A program made the position numbers and the translations under genes. The notes below the pieces were generated by a model. The model had not been told where the DNA came from. It was given only the letters and a program-made list of their open reading frames with translations, and made no database searches. A stretch of 60,736 nt of DNA, counting the filler, from Jimgerdemannia flammicorona (lineage: Eukaryota), in assembly GCA_003990765.1 (NCBI GenBank). It is 3 parts of 3 records of this genome, joined end to end, with 100 filler letters (N's around TTAATTAATTAA, not from the genome) between each part and the next. Parts side by side here need not be neighbours in the genome. Positions count along the whole stretch, not along the records: positions 20,282 to 40,462 come from RBNJ01001742.1; 2 more parts are not named here. One strand, given 5' to 3'. This document shows positions 23,801 to 36,987 of this stretch, piece after piece. Each line of letters begins with the position of its first letter. The stretch's first letter is position 1.

Positions 23801-26800
23801 TACTGAAGATCAGGATGTCATCAATATATATAAGTACAAAGATATAGAGCTGGTCCTTGAAGACAGTTTGCATGAGGTCTTGAAAGGTTGCTGATACATT
23901 GGTGAGACCAAAGGCCATGACTAGAAACTTGTAGAGTCCAAAGGGTGTCATGAAGGCAGTCTTGGGTATGTCTTCTGGCTTGATTCGAATTTGGTGATAC
24001 CCAGAGGTGAGATCAATCTTGGTGAAGTACTTTGCATTCTTGAGAGCATCAAAGATTTGATCTATGAGCGGTAGTGGATAGTGGTTCTTGACAGTGATCT
24101 TGTTGAGTGCTTGGTAGTCTATGCACATTTGCAGAGTATCATCCTTTTTCTTGACAAATAGGACTGGAGAGCCAAAGGGTGACTTGCTTGGCTGAATGGC
24201 TCCTCGTTCAATGAGTTCATTGAGTTCCTTCTTGACTGCTTCAATTTCAAGTGGAGATATGCGGTACATTTTCTTCTTAGGTATAGCTGCATTAGATACC
24301 AACTTGATTTCGTGGTCATGGTCTCTTGAAGGTGGTAGACCAGGTAGTTTGTCTGGGAAGACATCCTTGTACTTATTCAGCAGTAACTTGATGCTTTCAT
24401 CAATTGATAGCTTCTTGTCTTCTTTCTTTGGTCAGATCAGTGCCACAAAGGCACAGGTAGCTTTCTTGAGGGCCTTCTTGAACTGGATTGCTGAAAGGGT
24501 AGCAATTGGGGTTCTTGTTTGAGTTTTGTCTGGCTTGATGGTAATGTTGGCTCCATCTTGAATCAAGGTGACTTCATTCTTGGTCCAATCAATCTGAGAG
24601 TTGTGCCATATAAGCCAGGGTTTGCCTAGGATCAGGTCATGGTCTCCTAGTGGTGCTACCTCGAAATCTAAACGTTCCCAGTACTTCTGGATCTTGAGGG
24701 GAAGTTTAGCGGCAATTGAGTCGATTGGTAAAGTGGTGCCATCTGCAGTGACAACTCCACCATTCTTGCCAGCTGGTTTGGTGAGAATCTTGAGCTTGTC
24801 GATGAGGTTCTTGTTGATGAAGCTCCCAACCACTCCGCTGTCTATGAGAACATCTAGTTCTTGTCCCTTGACTAGACCTTTGAAAATGAGCATTGAATTG
24901 GCTCAGTTCTCAGCTATGCTTGCAACTTTGTCAGTACTGCCAAAGCCTTTCTGATCTCGCTTGGTGGAAGACAGCTTGGTAACTTCTTTAACAACTGGTA
25001 GGGTGGCTCACTCCAGAATGAGCTGTGCAATTCTATCTCCTTCATTGATGGTATATGGCTGGTTCTTGTGGTTGACTAGCAGAACTTGCATTTTACCTCA
25101 GAAGTCAGGGTCTATGACTCCAGCACCAACATCCAATGAGTGCTTGAAGCTGAGGCCAGATTTTGGTGCAATTCTTGCATAATGTTCCTTGGGGATTTCG
25201 ACTGAAAGGCCAGTTGGAATGAGCCTTCTTTCATGTGCCGGAATAGTGACTTGTTGTACTGCCTGAAGGTCCAAACCAATGGCTCCTTCTGACTGTGCTT
25301 GAGGGATCTGGGCCTTGGGGTTGACTCATATGAAATTGAGTACAACTTCTTGTTCGACTGGTTGACCTTGAGTGTCTTTGGACAGGACCAGGATCCTCTT
25401 TGGTTCTGCGGTTTTCTTGGGACATTTGGTTGCAATGTGACCAGGCTGACAGCAAAAGAAGCAGACTCCAGCCTTCTTGAGGTGCTCCTTTTCCTCAGGT
25501 GTAAGTTTGCCTTTCTTGCTCTTGTCGATGGTGTCTAGGTCCATGGGGGCAGGTCCAACAGTTCTGACTTTGGGTTCCTCCCTTCTGTGGTTGTTGTTGT
25601 TATTGAAAGGCGGTCTCTTCTGTTCAAAGCGGTGACCATAGGTGATGACATCAAACCTATCAGCAATTTTCATTGCTGTATCTAGGTCCTTGGGTTCTTC
25701 TAGTTCAACACAAACTCAGGTTTGACCTTTCAAACCTCAGATGTACTTGTCGACCTTCTCATCTTCAGTGACATGTGGTAATTCTAGCAGGATTGACAGG
25801 AATTGTGCATTGTATGCTTGTACAGACTTGAGTTGTTTGACGTTTGCCAGATGGTCTCACGCAGTCTTGGTGCTGTTGACTGGTTTGAATTGGCCTTGAA
25901 TAGCATCAGAGAATTCGCCCCAGGTCTTGATTCGGCCAGAGAATCTGGTATTCTGGATATGATTTCACCACCAGATTGCAACATTCCCTCGGAGGAGTGT
26001 GGCAGCAAATTGGACTAGTGTTGTTTCTTCCAAATTGGTCAGTTCTCCATATTGCTCCAATTGGAAAAGCCAGGCATCGGTAGACAGTCCTCCTCTTTGA
26101 CCATCAAAGGTGTCAGGCTTCTGAGGCTTAATAGTGACTGCTGTCGGATATATTGATGTCGGTGGAGATGTGGAGATATGAGCAGAGGCCTTGCTTTCCT
26201 TTCTTTCTACACGTTCTTAAAGTTGGGCAATCTGAGCTAATGTAGTTTGCAAAAGACTCTCGATGGACCCGGTTGACTGGGTGGGGATTGGCTGTTCCTC
26301 TTCTTCTTCTTGCTGGTAGTAAGAGGCATTGCCTGGACCATAGGTACTGTATGAAGGATTCCACCCATTGTCCTCCATAGTATTGTGACTGATATCTTGA
26401 GAGGTGTCTTGATAAGGCTAGGTGTAACCACCTGCTGCTACCAAGTGTAATGGTTCTAGTTTCTAAATAAGGAAGTGACTAATTCTGGTGGTCCTAAGTA
26501 GCTCGAAGAGATACTAAGGATTCAAGTGTTCTCGAAGGATTTCTGGGAGAAAATATTCTGAGACTTTATTTATGAGAACAAAGGGGTTATTTATACAAGA
26601 TCTGAAAGAAGGATCCAGAAGGATCTGAGAAATCAAAGGAAAATGCCAAGAGGAAAGTTCTCAGCAAAGATGACAAATGATGACAAATAAAGTTCTACAA
26701 GTTTCCAGGACATTCAGTGACTAACTAAATAAGTACTAGTTAATGCTCAGTACTAAGAAAGGATTTCTAAGCATTCGGAAAATACCAGAAGGTTGTAGAA

Positions 26801-26848
26801 TATTGGAGAAAGACAAAGAAAAGGAATAAACTATGCTAAAATGTTACA
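20818..26848 (-). mobile_element. Full-length Ty3/Gypsy chromovirus, family 1 copy A (gag-dUTPase-PR-RT-RH-IN-chromodomain), inactivated by point mutations
   Basis: 403-bp TG..CA LTRs at 20818-21220 and 26446-26848. PBS TGGTAGCAG (tRNA-iMet-like) and PPT AAGGAGGGGGAGA. Motifs CFFCCQPGHIATKC, LIDSG, YIDD, HHCC integrase and EYEVEKIL..EYLVKWMGY..TWEP. All ORF pieces lie in one frame. Confidence 0.95.
24934..25345 (-). pseudogene. dUTPase domain of Gypsy copy A
   Basis: GAIGLDL, IAPKSGLS, GAGVIDPDF(R)G, GDRIAQL and RDQKGFGST correspond to dUTPase motifs I-V. Confidence 0.9.
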
Positions 26849-27056
26849 GACACCCAGAAATTATGAACTCACCCAGCTGAGTACCTTCAAGAAACTCACT
26901 AAAGGCGAAAGGAATAAACTTTGAAGAAGCGGAGCATACTTCTATTGCTAAAAGATAGGACATATGGCCAGTGCCTGCCCTAACCAAAAACTCTGAACAG
27001 CAATATGAGCAACTGTTACTACCCTGTACCACCTCAATAACCTGACTACCAGAACA

Positions 27057-27463
27057 TTAGACTTTGTCAAGTTAAGGCAAACTGCCAAGGCCCCAATCAA
27101 AGGAAGTCAAAAAGTAGCTGGATATGATCTGTATGCAGCCGAAGAAGTTACAGTTTCCAACTGAGAAGTCAAGCAAGTCTACATAGGAATCAGTATTCAA
27201 ATTCCTGAAGGACATGTTGGAAGAATATACTGTTGTAACAGCCTAGCATTGAAAGAACTCTCAGTAGAAGAAGGAGTCATTGATGAGGATTATACAGGCA
27301 AAATTATTGTCCTTATCTGAAACCATAGTTGGACACCCTTCAAGATCTCTATTGGTTTCTACATTGCCCAGATTCTATTTGAAAAAATCAAATCAACCCT
27401 GATAGTCAAGGAAGTCCCTGAACTACTGTCCACTATCTAAGGATCCAAAGGATTTGGCTCATC
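27057..27463 (+). pseudogene. dUTPase domain of Gypsy copy B
   Basis: AGYDLYA, GVIDEDYTG, IAQILF and GSKGFGSS. Confidence 0.88.
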
Positions 27464-30400
27464 AAACAAGGCCCCAGTCCAACCTACTATGAACAAAGAA
27501 GAGCAATTCTATAAGAAAATTGAGGATTGATATGTACCAAGTGGCTGATGCCCCCATGGCATTAGAATGTACTCTTTCTGAATGATTGATGATTACTTCT
27601 TTTGTATCAATGAATTGGCTCAAAGAAGAACCAACAGAAGGAAAGCTCCTACAATGGAAATCACCACTATTGGATCGGACAAACTGCTTACACTCCAAGC
27701 TTTTGTCAACCGAGCACCTGTCAAGATTATGATAGACAGTGGTGCCTCAGGTAACTTCATCAATGAAGAGACAGTCAACAGACTTAAGGTCTTTACCTCT
27801 CCAGTACAACAAACTCAAGCAGTTGTCACAGCTGATAGAACCTCACATATTATTAGCAAGGAAGTCTGCAATCTATTCTTCTGAATTGGAGACTACTGAG
27901 TACATGTTACCCTCTAGATCATACCACTCCCTGACAATGAAATCATCCTTGGAACCCTATGGTTGAAACAAGAGAACTCTATAATTGATTGGGTAAACCA
28001 TTCTCTGACCATCAAGAAAGGACACCATAACTTCAAACTACAAAGCAAAGAGGACCCACTCAATTCTAGTGACCCTGGACCAAAGATCACTCACATCAAC
28101 AAGCTACAACTCAAGAAATTAGCCAAGAAATGCCCTCTCTTTGCCATCTCCATCCGCTCATCCAAAGGAGAACCCAAAAACTCTAAAGAAGACTTTTCCA
28201 AAGTTGACAGCCATGTCAGACCACTACTTCAGAAATTCTGAGACATATTTCCAAAGAAGCTCCTGAAAGGCCTATCTCCTAAATAAGCAGTAGACCACAT
28301 AATCAAGACTATTCCTGATGCCAAACCAGCCTTCAAGTCAATTTACCACATATCTCTAAGAGAAATTGATACACTCAAGAAGGAAATCGATGAACTTCTA
28401 AAATAAGGATTCATCAGACCTAGTATATCACCCTATAGTGCACCAGTCCTCTTTGTTGTCAAAAAAGGAGAAGACCTGTAAATGTGTATTGATTACCATG
28501 ACCTCAATGAATAGACCATCAAGAACTGTTGTCCACTACTCAGAATCGATGAAATATTTGATAGACTTACCAACTCACAATTCATGAGCTCTTTCGACCT
28601 GTGAAATGGCTATTGGCAAATTGCTATGAAAGAAGAAGATATCTACAAGACAGCCTTCTGAACTCACTATAGATACTTTGAATTCCTGATTATACTCTTT
28701 GACTTAACTAATGCTCCAGCAATCTTCCAGACACTGATAAATACCATTCTGCATCCATATCTGGACAAATTTGTTGTTGTCTACATTGATAACATCCTAG
28801 TCTTCAGCAAAACCCTGGAGGAACATCTTGAACACCTTGAACTAGTACTACTGAAACTCTGAGAAAACTGACTCTTTGCAAAACTCAGCAAGTGTGAATT
28901 TCTCCTAAAAGAAATCCAATTCCTTAGACATATTGTCACACCAAATAGAATTAAAGTAGACCCCAGCAAAATCTCTACAATCAAAGATTGACCCAGACTC
29001 AAGAAGCTGAAAGACCTCTAGTCATTTCTGGGACTAGCAAACTATTATAAACAATTTGTTGCCAACTTTGCCAAAATTGCTACTGCTCTCACCCAAATGA
29101 CCAAGCACAGCAAGAAAGAGGAATAGCCCTAGACCATGAAACAAGAGAAAGACTTCAACAACCTTGCAAATTGGGGACCCAAACAAGATACAGCCTTTTA
29201 AGCACTGAAGGATGCCTTGATAACCACTCTAGTACTTCAAGTAGCAAATTCTGCCCTACTATATGAAGTCATGACTGATGCCTCTGACCTAGCTCTTAGA
29301 GCAGTACTCATGCAAGAAGAACACCCAGTCGCCTATTACTCCTACAAGTTCAATGATGCTGAAATCAACTACGCAACCTATAAGAAGGAAATGCTAGCCA
29401 TTGTAGACACTCTGATCAAATGGCAACTATACCTAGAAGGAGCACACTTCACTGTATTGACTGACTACAAGTCACTAGTCAATATCAAGATACAGGCTAC
29501 CCTTTCTTGAAAGCAAGCCAGATGGATGAAAGTCCTCACCAACTTTGACTATGAAATCTAGTACTGTCCTAGCAAGGAAAACATTGTTGCCAATGCAATC
29601 TCCAAGCTACCAATCGAAGAAGTTATCCAAACCCTCACCTTGGTTACAAACTCCATTATGGAACAAATTATCACAGCATATGCTGATGATAAGGAAGCCC
29701 AAGTACTCCGAGAAATCCTAAAAAATGATGATGCTGACAAGTATATCCAGTATAATCAATATCAACTCAAGGATAATGCTATCTACTATAAGGATAGATT
29801 GTATGTTCCAAACAACTGAGACCTCCAAAGGACTATCCTAATTAAATGTCATAATGCCCCTACAGTAGGACATTTAATATTTGACAAATGCTATGAAGTT
29901 ATCTCCTGAAACTTCTATTGGCCCTACATGACAGATCAACTCAAAACCTACATCACTTTCTGTGATGTCTGCCAATGAAACAAGTCCTCAACACTAGCAA
30001 AACCCAGCTTACTTCACCCTATCCTAGTACCATCTGTGAATTAGGAATAAATCTCTATGGACTTCATTATACAACTACCCCAAACCAAGAACAGGAAAGA
30101 TGCAATTGTTGTTTTTGTAGACTATCTCAGTAAACAAACTCACTTTGTACCAACTACCACTACTGCAATAGCACCAGATATAGCTACACTCTTGTTTGAT
30201 AACATTTTCCACTATCATGGTCTTCCTAAGATCATTGTTAGCAACTGAGACCCAAAATTCACCAGCCAATTTTGGAAAGCCCTCTATGCATACCTTGGAA
30301 TGAAACTTGCACTATCTATAGCTTTTCACCCTGAAACTGATGACCAAACTGAAAGAATGAACCAAACTCTGGAACAAATGTTAAGGAACTACATATGTTT

Positions 30401-30953
30401 CCTACAGACAAGATAATTGGCATGAACACCTCACTGCAGTTGAGTTTGCCTATAATAACAGTAAGCAAGCCTCTCTTGGAATGACACCATTCTTCACCAA
30501 CACTGGACAAAATCCAAACACCCCTTTAACACTCATCTGAACTACTGAAGAACTCTCTACAGTTGAAGCTGTTGAAGAATTCCTGCTCTGAATGCATAAT
30601 CTAAGCCAGATCACAATTGAGAATTTATCGCAAGCTCAAGAACAACAGTCACAGTATATTAACCAACACTACTGAGAAGAAACCTTTGATATTAGAGAAA
30701 AAGTTTTACTGGATATCTGAGAATATCAAGTTGATAACCTCAAGTACAGACTATCTATAAAGTTGAATAGCAAGTTTATCGGACCATTTGAAGTCATTAC
30801 ATAAGTCTCTCCTACTTCCTATAAATTGGCACTACCAGATACCATTAAGATTTACTCAGTCTTTAATGTCCAATGTCTCAAGCAATACAATGAAAATGAT
30901 GATGAACTATTTCCAAACCGAACTACCGAACCACCTGCACCTGTTATTATTAA

Positions 30954-33900
30954 TGTAATGGTTCTAGTTTCTAAATGAGGAAGTGTCTAATTCTGGTAGT
31001 CCTAAGTAGCTCGAAGAGATACTAAGGATTCAAGTGTTCTCAAAGGATTTCTGAGAGAAAATATTCTGAGACTTTATTCATGAGAACAAAGGAGATATTT
31101 ATACAAGATCTGAAAGAAGGATCTGGAAGGATCTGAGAAATTAAAGGAAAATGCCAAGAGGAAAGTTCTTAGCAAAGATGATAAATAATGATAAATAAAG
31201 TTCTACAAGTTTCCAGGATAATCAGTGACTAACTAAATAAGTACTAGTTAATGCTCGGCACCAAGAAAGGATTTCTAAACATTTGGAAAGTATTGGAAGA
31301 TTGTAGAATATTGAAGAAAGACAAAGAAAAGAAATAAACTATGTTAAAATGTTACATCTTCCCCTCCTCAAGAATCAATATCCTCATTAAATTCTTAAAG
31401 TTATACATAATAAACAATAAGACTAAAAGAAACTTCAAATTAAATATATCGACTCATTGGCAAGGATTGGCTGTCCTTGTATAAGGTGAGGGCCAAAGTA
31501 TCATCTTGATCAGATGAGAACTGGTTCAAACCTCATTGGTTGTAGGATTTATAGAGTTCTCCTGTATCTCTTGCTTCTGATACTGTATCCCTTAGAGAGC
31601 TCTAATGCATAATGTGCCTGATCAGTACAGTAGGTCATCTACTATCCAAGAGGAGAACCTCATGGGCAGTCAATGAGTTCCTTTTTGCTCGAACTCTTAG
31701 ATGAGGTCTTGGGAGTTCTTGAAATTGGCAGCAGGTTCCCAGGTAGCATCATATTCAGGGTAACCCATCCACTTGACTAGGTATTCTGTGCAATGGTATC
31801 AGACTTGTTTGTCTAAGATTTTCTCAACTTCATACTCAATGTGGTCTTTAACTATGACTGGTGCTGATAGTGTTGGAATTCGGCCAGAGTATGGGGGTGA
31901 CTGGTTCCAGGCCTTGAGTTGTGACACATGAAATACTGGGTGTATATGTATGGTTGTTGGCAAGTTGAGATAGTAAGACCAGGTAGAGACTTGCTTAGTG
32001 ATCTCAAAGAGTCCAAGGTACTTGGGCTGGAATTTGGCTGACTGACAGTTGACTTGAGATTGAGCCTTGATGTTGTTGGCTTTGAGTAGAACTATATCAC
32101 CAATGTTGTATATGATATCTCACCACTTCTTATCTGCATACTTAGCTTGATGTTGCTGAGCCTTTTGCAGGTTCATAGTAGCGATCTTGAGAAGGGAATT
32201 CATTTTGTCAATAAGGTTCTGGGCTGTAGGGACTTGAGTGTGACTGGATTGCTGGAATTGGACTAGACTTGCAGAGGTCTCAGAATTTTGACTGGGAAGT
32301 AGCTGAAATGGGGAAATACCAGTTGATGATTGGTTGGCATTGTTGTAGGCAAACTTGGCATAGGTCAGATAGTGGCCCCAATCATCTTGCTCATAAGATA
32401 CATAGTTTCTGAGCATTTGTCAAGTGTTCTGTTCATTTGCTCTATCTGTCCATCAGTTTGAGGATGAAAGGCAGTGGACATAGTAATTTGGATTCCAAGA
32501 GTCTTAAAGAATGCTTGCCAGAAGTGACTTATGAACTTGGGGTTGTGGTTGCTGATAATTACTCGGGGAAGTCCATAATGGCAGAAGACAGTCTTGAAGA
32601 AGATTCTTGCAATTTCTGAGGTAGTGGTATTAGTTGTGGTTGGCTCGGCGATTGTAATCTTGGTGAGATGGTCTACAAATACAACAATAGCATTATAGCC
32701 TGTTTTGGTTCATGGAAGTTGCACAATGAAGTCTATTGTGACTTGTTTAAACTTCTTGGTCAGAATTAACAAGGGTTGTAGAAGACCAGCAGATGCTTGG
32801 TTGCTTGACTTGTTTTTTTGGCAAAGATTACAGCTTTGGACATACTCCTTGATTTCCTTGAGCATGTTTGGCCAGTAGTAGTCTCATTGGATATTCTTGA
32901 TGGTCTTCTCAGTTCCAAGGTGGCCAGCTAGTGGGGAGTCATGGTGTTCATGAAGAATCTTATACCATAGTTCAGGGTTGGCAGGAATATATACTTTGTC
33001 TTGATAGTACATGAGGTTGTCCTTGATGGTGTACTTTTCCTTAAATTCCTTGGTGTTCCTTTGTAGAACCAGAGAGTCTTGTTCATATGTCTTCTTGATC
33101 TGGTTGAGGAATTCAGGTGCCACAGTGACTTGTAAAATCATGGTAAGGTCAGGTCTCCTTGAAAGTACATCTGGTACAACTAGAGTTTTGCCAGGCTTGT
33201 AGATGATGTTTGGGGTAAAAGTCTGAAGTAGTTGGCTCTACTTGGCTTGTTGGTGAGAAAGGGTTGGTTGAGTGTTGATGTACTGAAGGGACCTGTGATC
33301 AGTGATCATATTGAACTCAACTCCTTCTAGATAGTATCACCAGGTCTTGAGGGCATACATAATTGCCAGGAGTTCCTTTTCGTGAGTAGCCAGCTTTTGT
33401 TCTACTGGGGACAATTTCCTTGACTCAAAGGCAATAGGTCAGTGTCCTTGACCATCATCTTGAGAAATGACTGCACCAATGGCAAAGTTAGATATATCTG
33501 TAGTGATCATAAACTTCAAGTTTGGGTCTATGTTTCTAAGGACAGGTGCATGGGTCAGGCAGTTCTTGAGTTCTTGAAAGGCTTGTTGACAGAAGGCATT
33601 CCAGATGTAGGGGACATAGAGGTCAGAGTTGGGTTCCTTTCACAGGAGATTTGTCAAATATTCTGTGATACCAGAGAAGTTCTTGACAAATCGACGGTAG
33701 TATCCAGCCAGACCAAGGAAGGACCTGAGTTCAGTGAGGTTTGCTGGTACAGGCCACTGTTCAATGGCTTATATTTTCCTTGGGTCTACTTGAATTCCTT
33801 TGGCTGATACAATGTTTCCAAGATATTTGACTTGATCCTTAAAAAATTCACATTTCTTGAGCTTTACATAGAGCTTGTTCTTGTGGAGGATCTTGAGGAC

Positions 33901-36900
33901 TTGTTCGATGTACTTGAGGTGTTCTTCTTCAGTGCTACTGAAGATCAGGATGTCATCAATGTATACAAGTACAAAGATATAGAGCTGATTCTTGAAGACA
34001 GTTTGCATGAGGTCTTGAAAGGTTACTGATACATTAGTGAGACCAAAGGCCATAACTAGAAATTCATAGAGTCCAAAGGGTGTCATGAAGGCAGTCTTGG
34101 GTATGTCTTCTGGCTTGATTTGAATTTAGTGATATCCAGAGGTGAGATCAATCTTGGTGAAGTACTTGGCATTCTTGAGAGTATCAAAGATTTAATCTAT
34201 GAGTGGTAGCAGATAATGGTTCTTGACCATGATCTTATTGAGTGTATGATAGTCTATACACATTTGCAGAGTATCATTCTTTTTCTTGACAAATAGGACT
34301 GAGGAGCCAAAGGGTGACTTGCTTGGTTGAATGGCTCTTTGCTCAATGAGTTCATTGAGTTCCTTCTTGACTGCTTCAATTTCGAGTGGAGACATGTAAT
34401 ACATTTTCTTCTTAGGTATAGCTGCATCAGGTACCAACTTGATTTTGTGGTCATGATCTCTTAAAGGTGGTAGACCAGGTAGTTTGTCTGGGAAGATATC
34501 CTTGTACTTGTTCAGCAGTAACTTGATGCTTTCACTAATTGATAGCTTCTTGTCTTCTTTCTTTGGTCGGATCAGTGCCACAAAGGCACAGGTAGCTTTC
34601 TTGAGGGCCTTCTTGAACTGAATTGCTGAAAGAGTAGTGATTGGGGTTCTTGTCTGAGTCTTGTTGGGCTTGATGGTAATATTAGCTCCATCCTGGATCA
34701 AGGTGACTTCATTCTTAGTCTAATCAATCTGAGAGTTGTGCCATGTAAGCCAGGGTTTGCCTAGGATTAGGTCATGGTCTCCTAGTGGTACTACCTCGAA
34801 ATCTAAATGTTCCCAGTACTTCTGAATCTTGAGGGGAAGTTTAGCAGCAATTGAGTCAATTGGTAAGGTGGTGCCATCTACAGTAACAACTCCACCATTC
34901 TTGCCAGCTGGTTTGGTGAGAATCTTGAGCTTGTTGATGAGGTTCTTGTTGATGAAGTTCCCAACAGCTCCACTGTCTATGAGAACATCTAGCTCTTGTC
35001 CCTTGACTAGACCTTTGAAGATGAGCATTGAATTGGCTCAGTTCTCGGCTATACTTGTAACTTTGTCAGTACCAAAGCCTTTTTGATCTCACTTGGTTGA
35101 AGACAGCTTGGTGACTTCTTTGATGACTGGTAGGGTGGCTTGCTCCAGAATGAGCTGTGCAATTCTATCTCCTTTATTGATGGTATATGACTGGTTCTTG
35201 TGGTTGACTAGCAGGACTTGCATTTTACCTTAGAAGTCAGAGTCAATGACTCCAGTATCAACATCTAATAAGTACTTGAAGCTGAGGCCAGATTTTGGTG
35301 CAATTCTTGCATAATGTTTCTTGGGGATTTCAACTAAAAGGCCAGTTGAAATGAGCCTTTTCTCATATGCTGGAATAGTAACTTGTTGTACTGCTTGAAG
35401 GTCCAAACCAATAGCTCCTTCTGACTGTACTTGAGGGATCTGGGCCTTGGGGTTGACTCGTATGAAATTAAGTACCACTTCTTGTTCAACTGGTTGACCT
35501 TGGGTGTCTTTGGACAGGACCAGGATCCTTTTTGGTTCAGCAGTTTTCTTGGGACATTCGGTTACAATGTAACCAGGCTGATAGCAAAAGAAGCAGGCTC
35601 CAGTCTTCTTGAGGTGCTCCTTTTCCTTGGGTGTAAGCTTGCCTTTCTTGCTCTTATCGATGGTGTCTAGGTCTATGGAGGCAGGTCCAATAGTTCTGAC
35701 TTTGGGTTCCTCCCTTCTGTGGTTGTTGTTGTTGTTGAAAGGTGGTCTCTTCTGTTCAAAGTGGTGACCATAGGTAATGATATCAAACCTATTAGCAATT
35801 TTCATTGCTGTATCTAGGTCTTTGGGTTTTTCTAGTTCAACATAAACTCGGGTTTGACCTTTCAGGCCTCAGATGTACTTGTCAACCTTCTTGTCTTCAG
35901 TGACATGTGGTAATTCTAGCAGAATTAACAGAAATTATACATTGTATACTTGCATAGACTTGAGTTGTTTGATATTTACCAGGTGGTCTTGTGTAGTCTT
36001 GGTGCTGTTGACTGGTTTGAATTGGCCTTAAATAGCATCAGCGAATTTGCCCCAGGTCTTGATTCAGCCAGAGAATCTGGTATTCTGGACATGATTTCAC
36101 CACCAGATTGCAGTATTCTCTCGGAGAAGTGTGGCGGCAAATTGGACTAGTGTTGCTTCTTCCAAATTGGTCAGTTCTCCATATTGCTCCAATTGGAAAA
36201 ACCAGACATTAGTAGACAGTCCTTCTCTTTGACCATCAAAGGTGTCAGGCTTCTGAGGCTTGATAGTAACTACTGTTGAATATATTGATGTCAGTAGAGG
36301 TATAGAGGTATGAGTGGAGGCCTTGCTTTCCTTTCTTTCTATATGTTCTTGAAGTTGAGCAATCTGAGCTAATGCAGTCTGCAAAAGACTCTTGATGGCC
36401 CCATTCGACTGAGTAGGGTTTTGCTGTTTCTCTTCTTCTTGCTGATTATACTAATTGTATGAGGTATTACCTAGATCATAGATACTATATAAAGGGTTCC
36501 ACCTATTGTCCTCCATAGTATTGTGACTGATATCTTGAGAGATATCTTAATAAGGCTAGGTGTAACTTCACTGCTGCTACTAAGTGTAACAGTTCTAGTT
36601 TCTAAATAAGAAAGCAACTAATTCTGATAGTCCTAAGTAGCTTGAAGAGATACTAAGGATTCAAGTGTTCTTGAAGGATTTCTGAGAGAAAATATTCTGA
36701 GACTTTATTCATGAGAACAAAGGGGATATTTATATAAGATCTGAAAGAAGGATCTGGAAGGATCTGAGAAATCAAAGGAAAATGCCAAGAGGAAAGTTCT
36801 TGGCAAAGATGACAAATGATGATAAATAAAGTTCTACAAGTTTCCAGAACAATCAGTGACTAACTAAATAAGTACTAGTTAATGCTCAGCACCAAGAAAG

Positions 36901-36987
36901 GATTTCTAAGTATTTGGAAAGTACTGGAAGATTGTAGAATATTGAAGAAAGACAAAGAAAAGAAATAAACTATGCTAAAATGTTATA
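30954..36987 (-). mobile_element. Full-length Ty3/Gypsy chromovirus, family 1 copy C, nested in copy B
   Basis: 403-bp LTRs at 30954-31356 and 36585-36987. Perfect 5-bp TSD ATTAA (30949-30953 and 36988-36992). Collinear with copy A; Gag and dUTPase are in one ORF (35230-35805). Confidence 0.95.

Noticed and set aside
24894..24910. TGA shared by copies A and C between dUTPase and protease as programmed readthrough
   Set aside because: Adequately explained by independent or inherited CGA-to-TGA decay; needs more copies to test.
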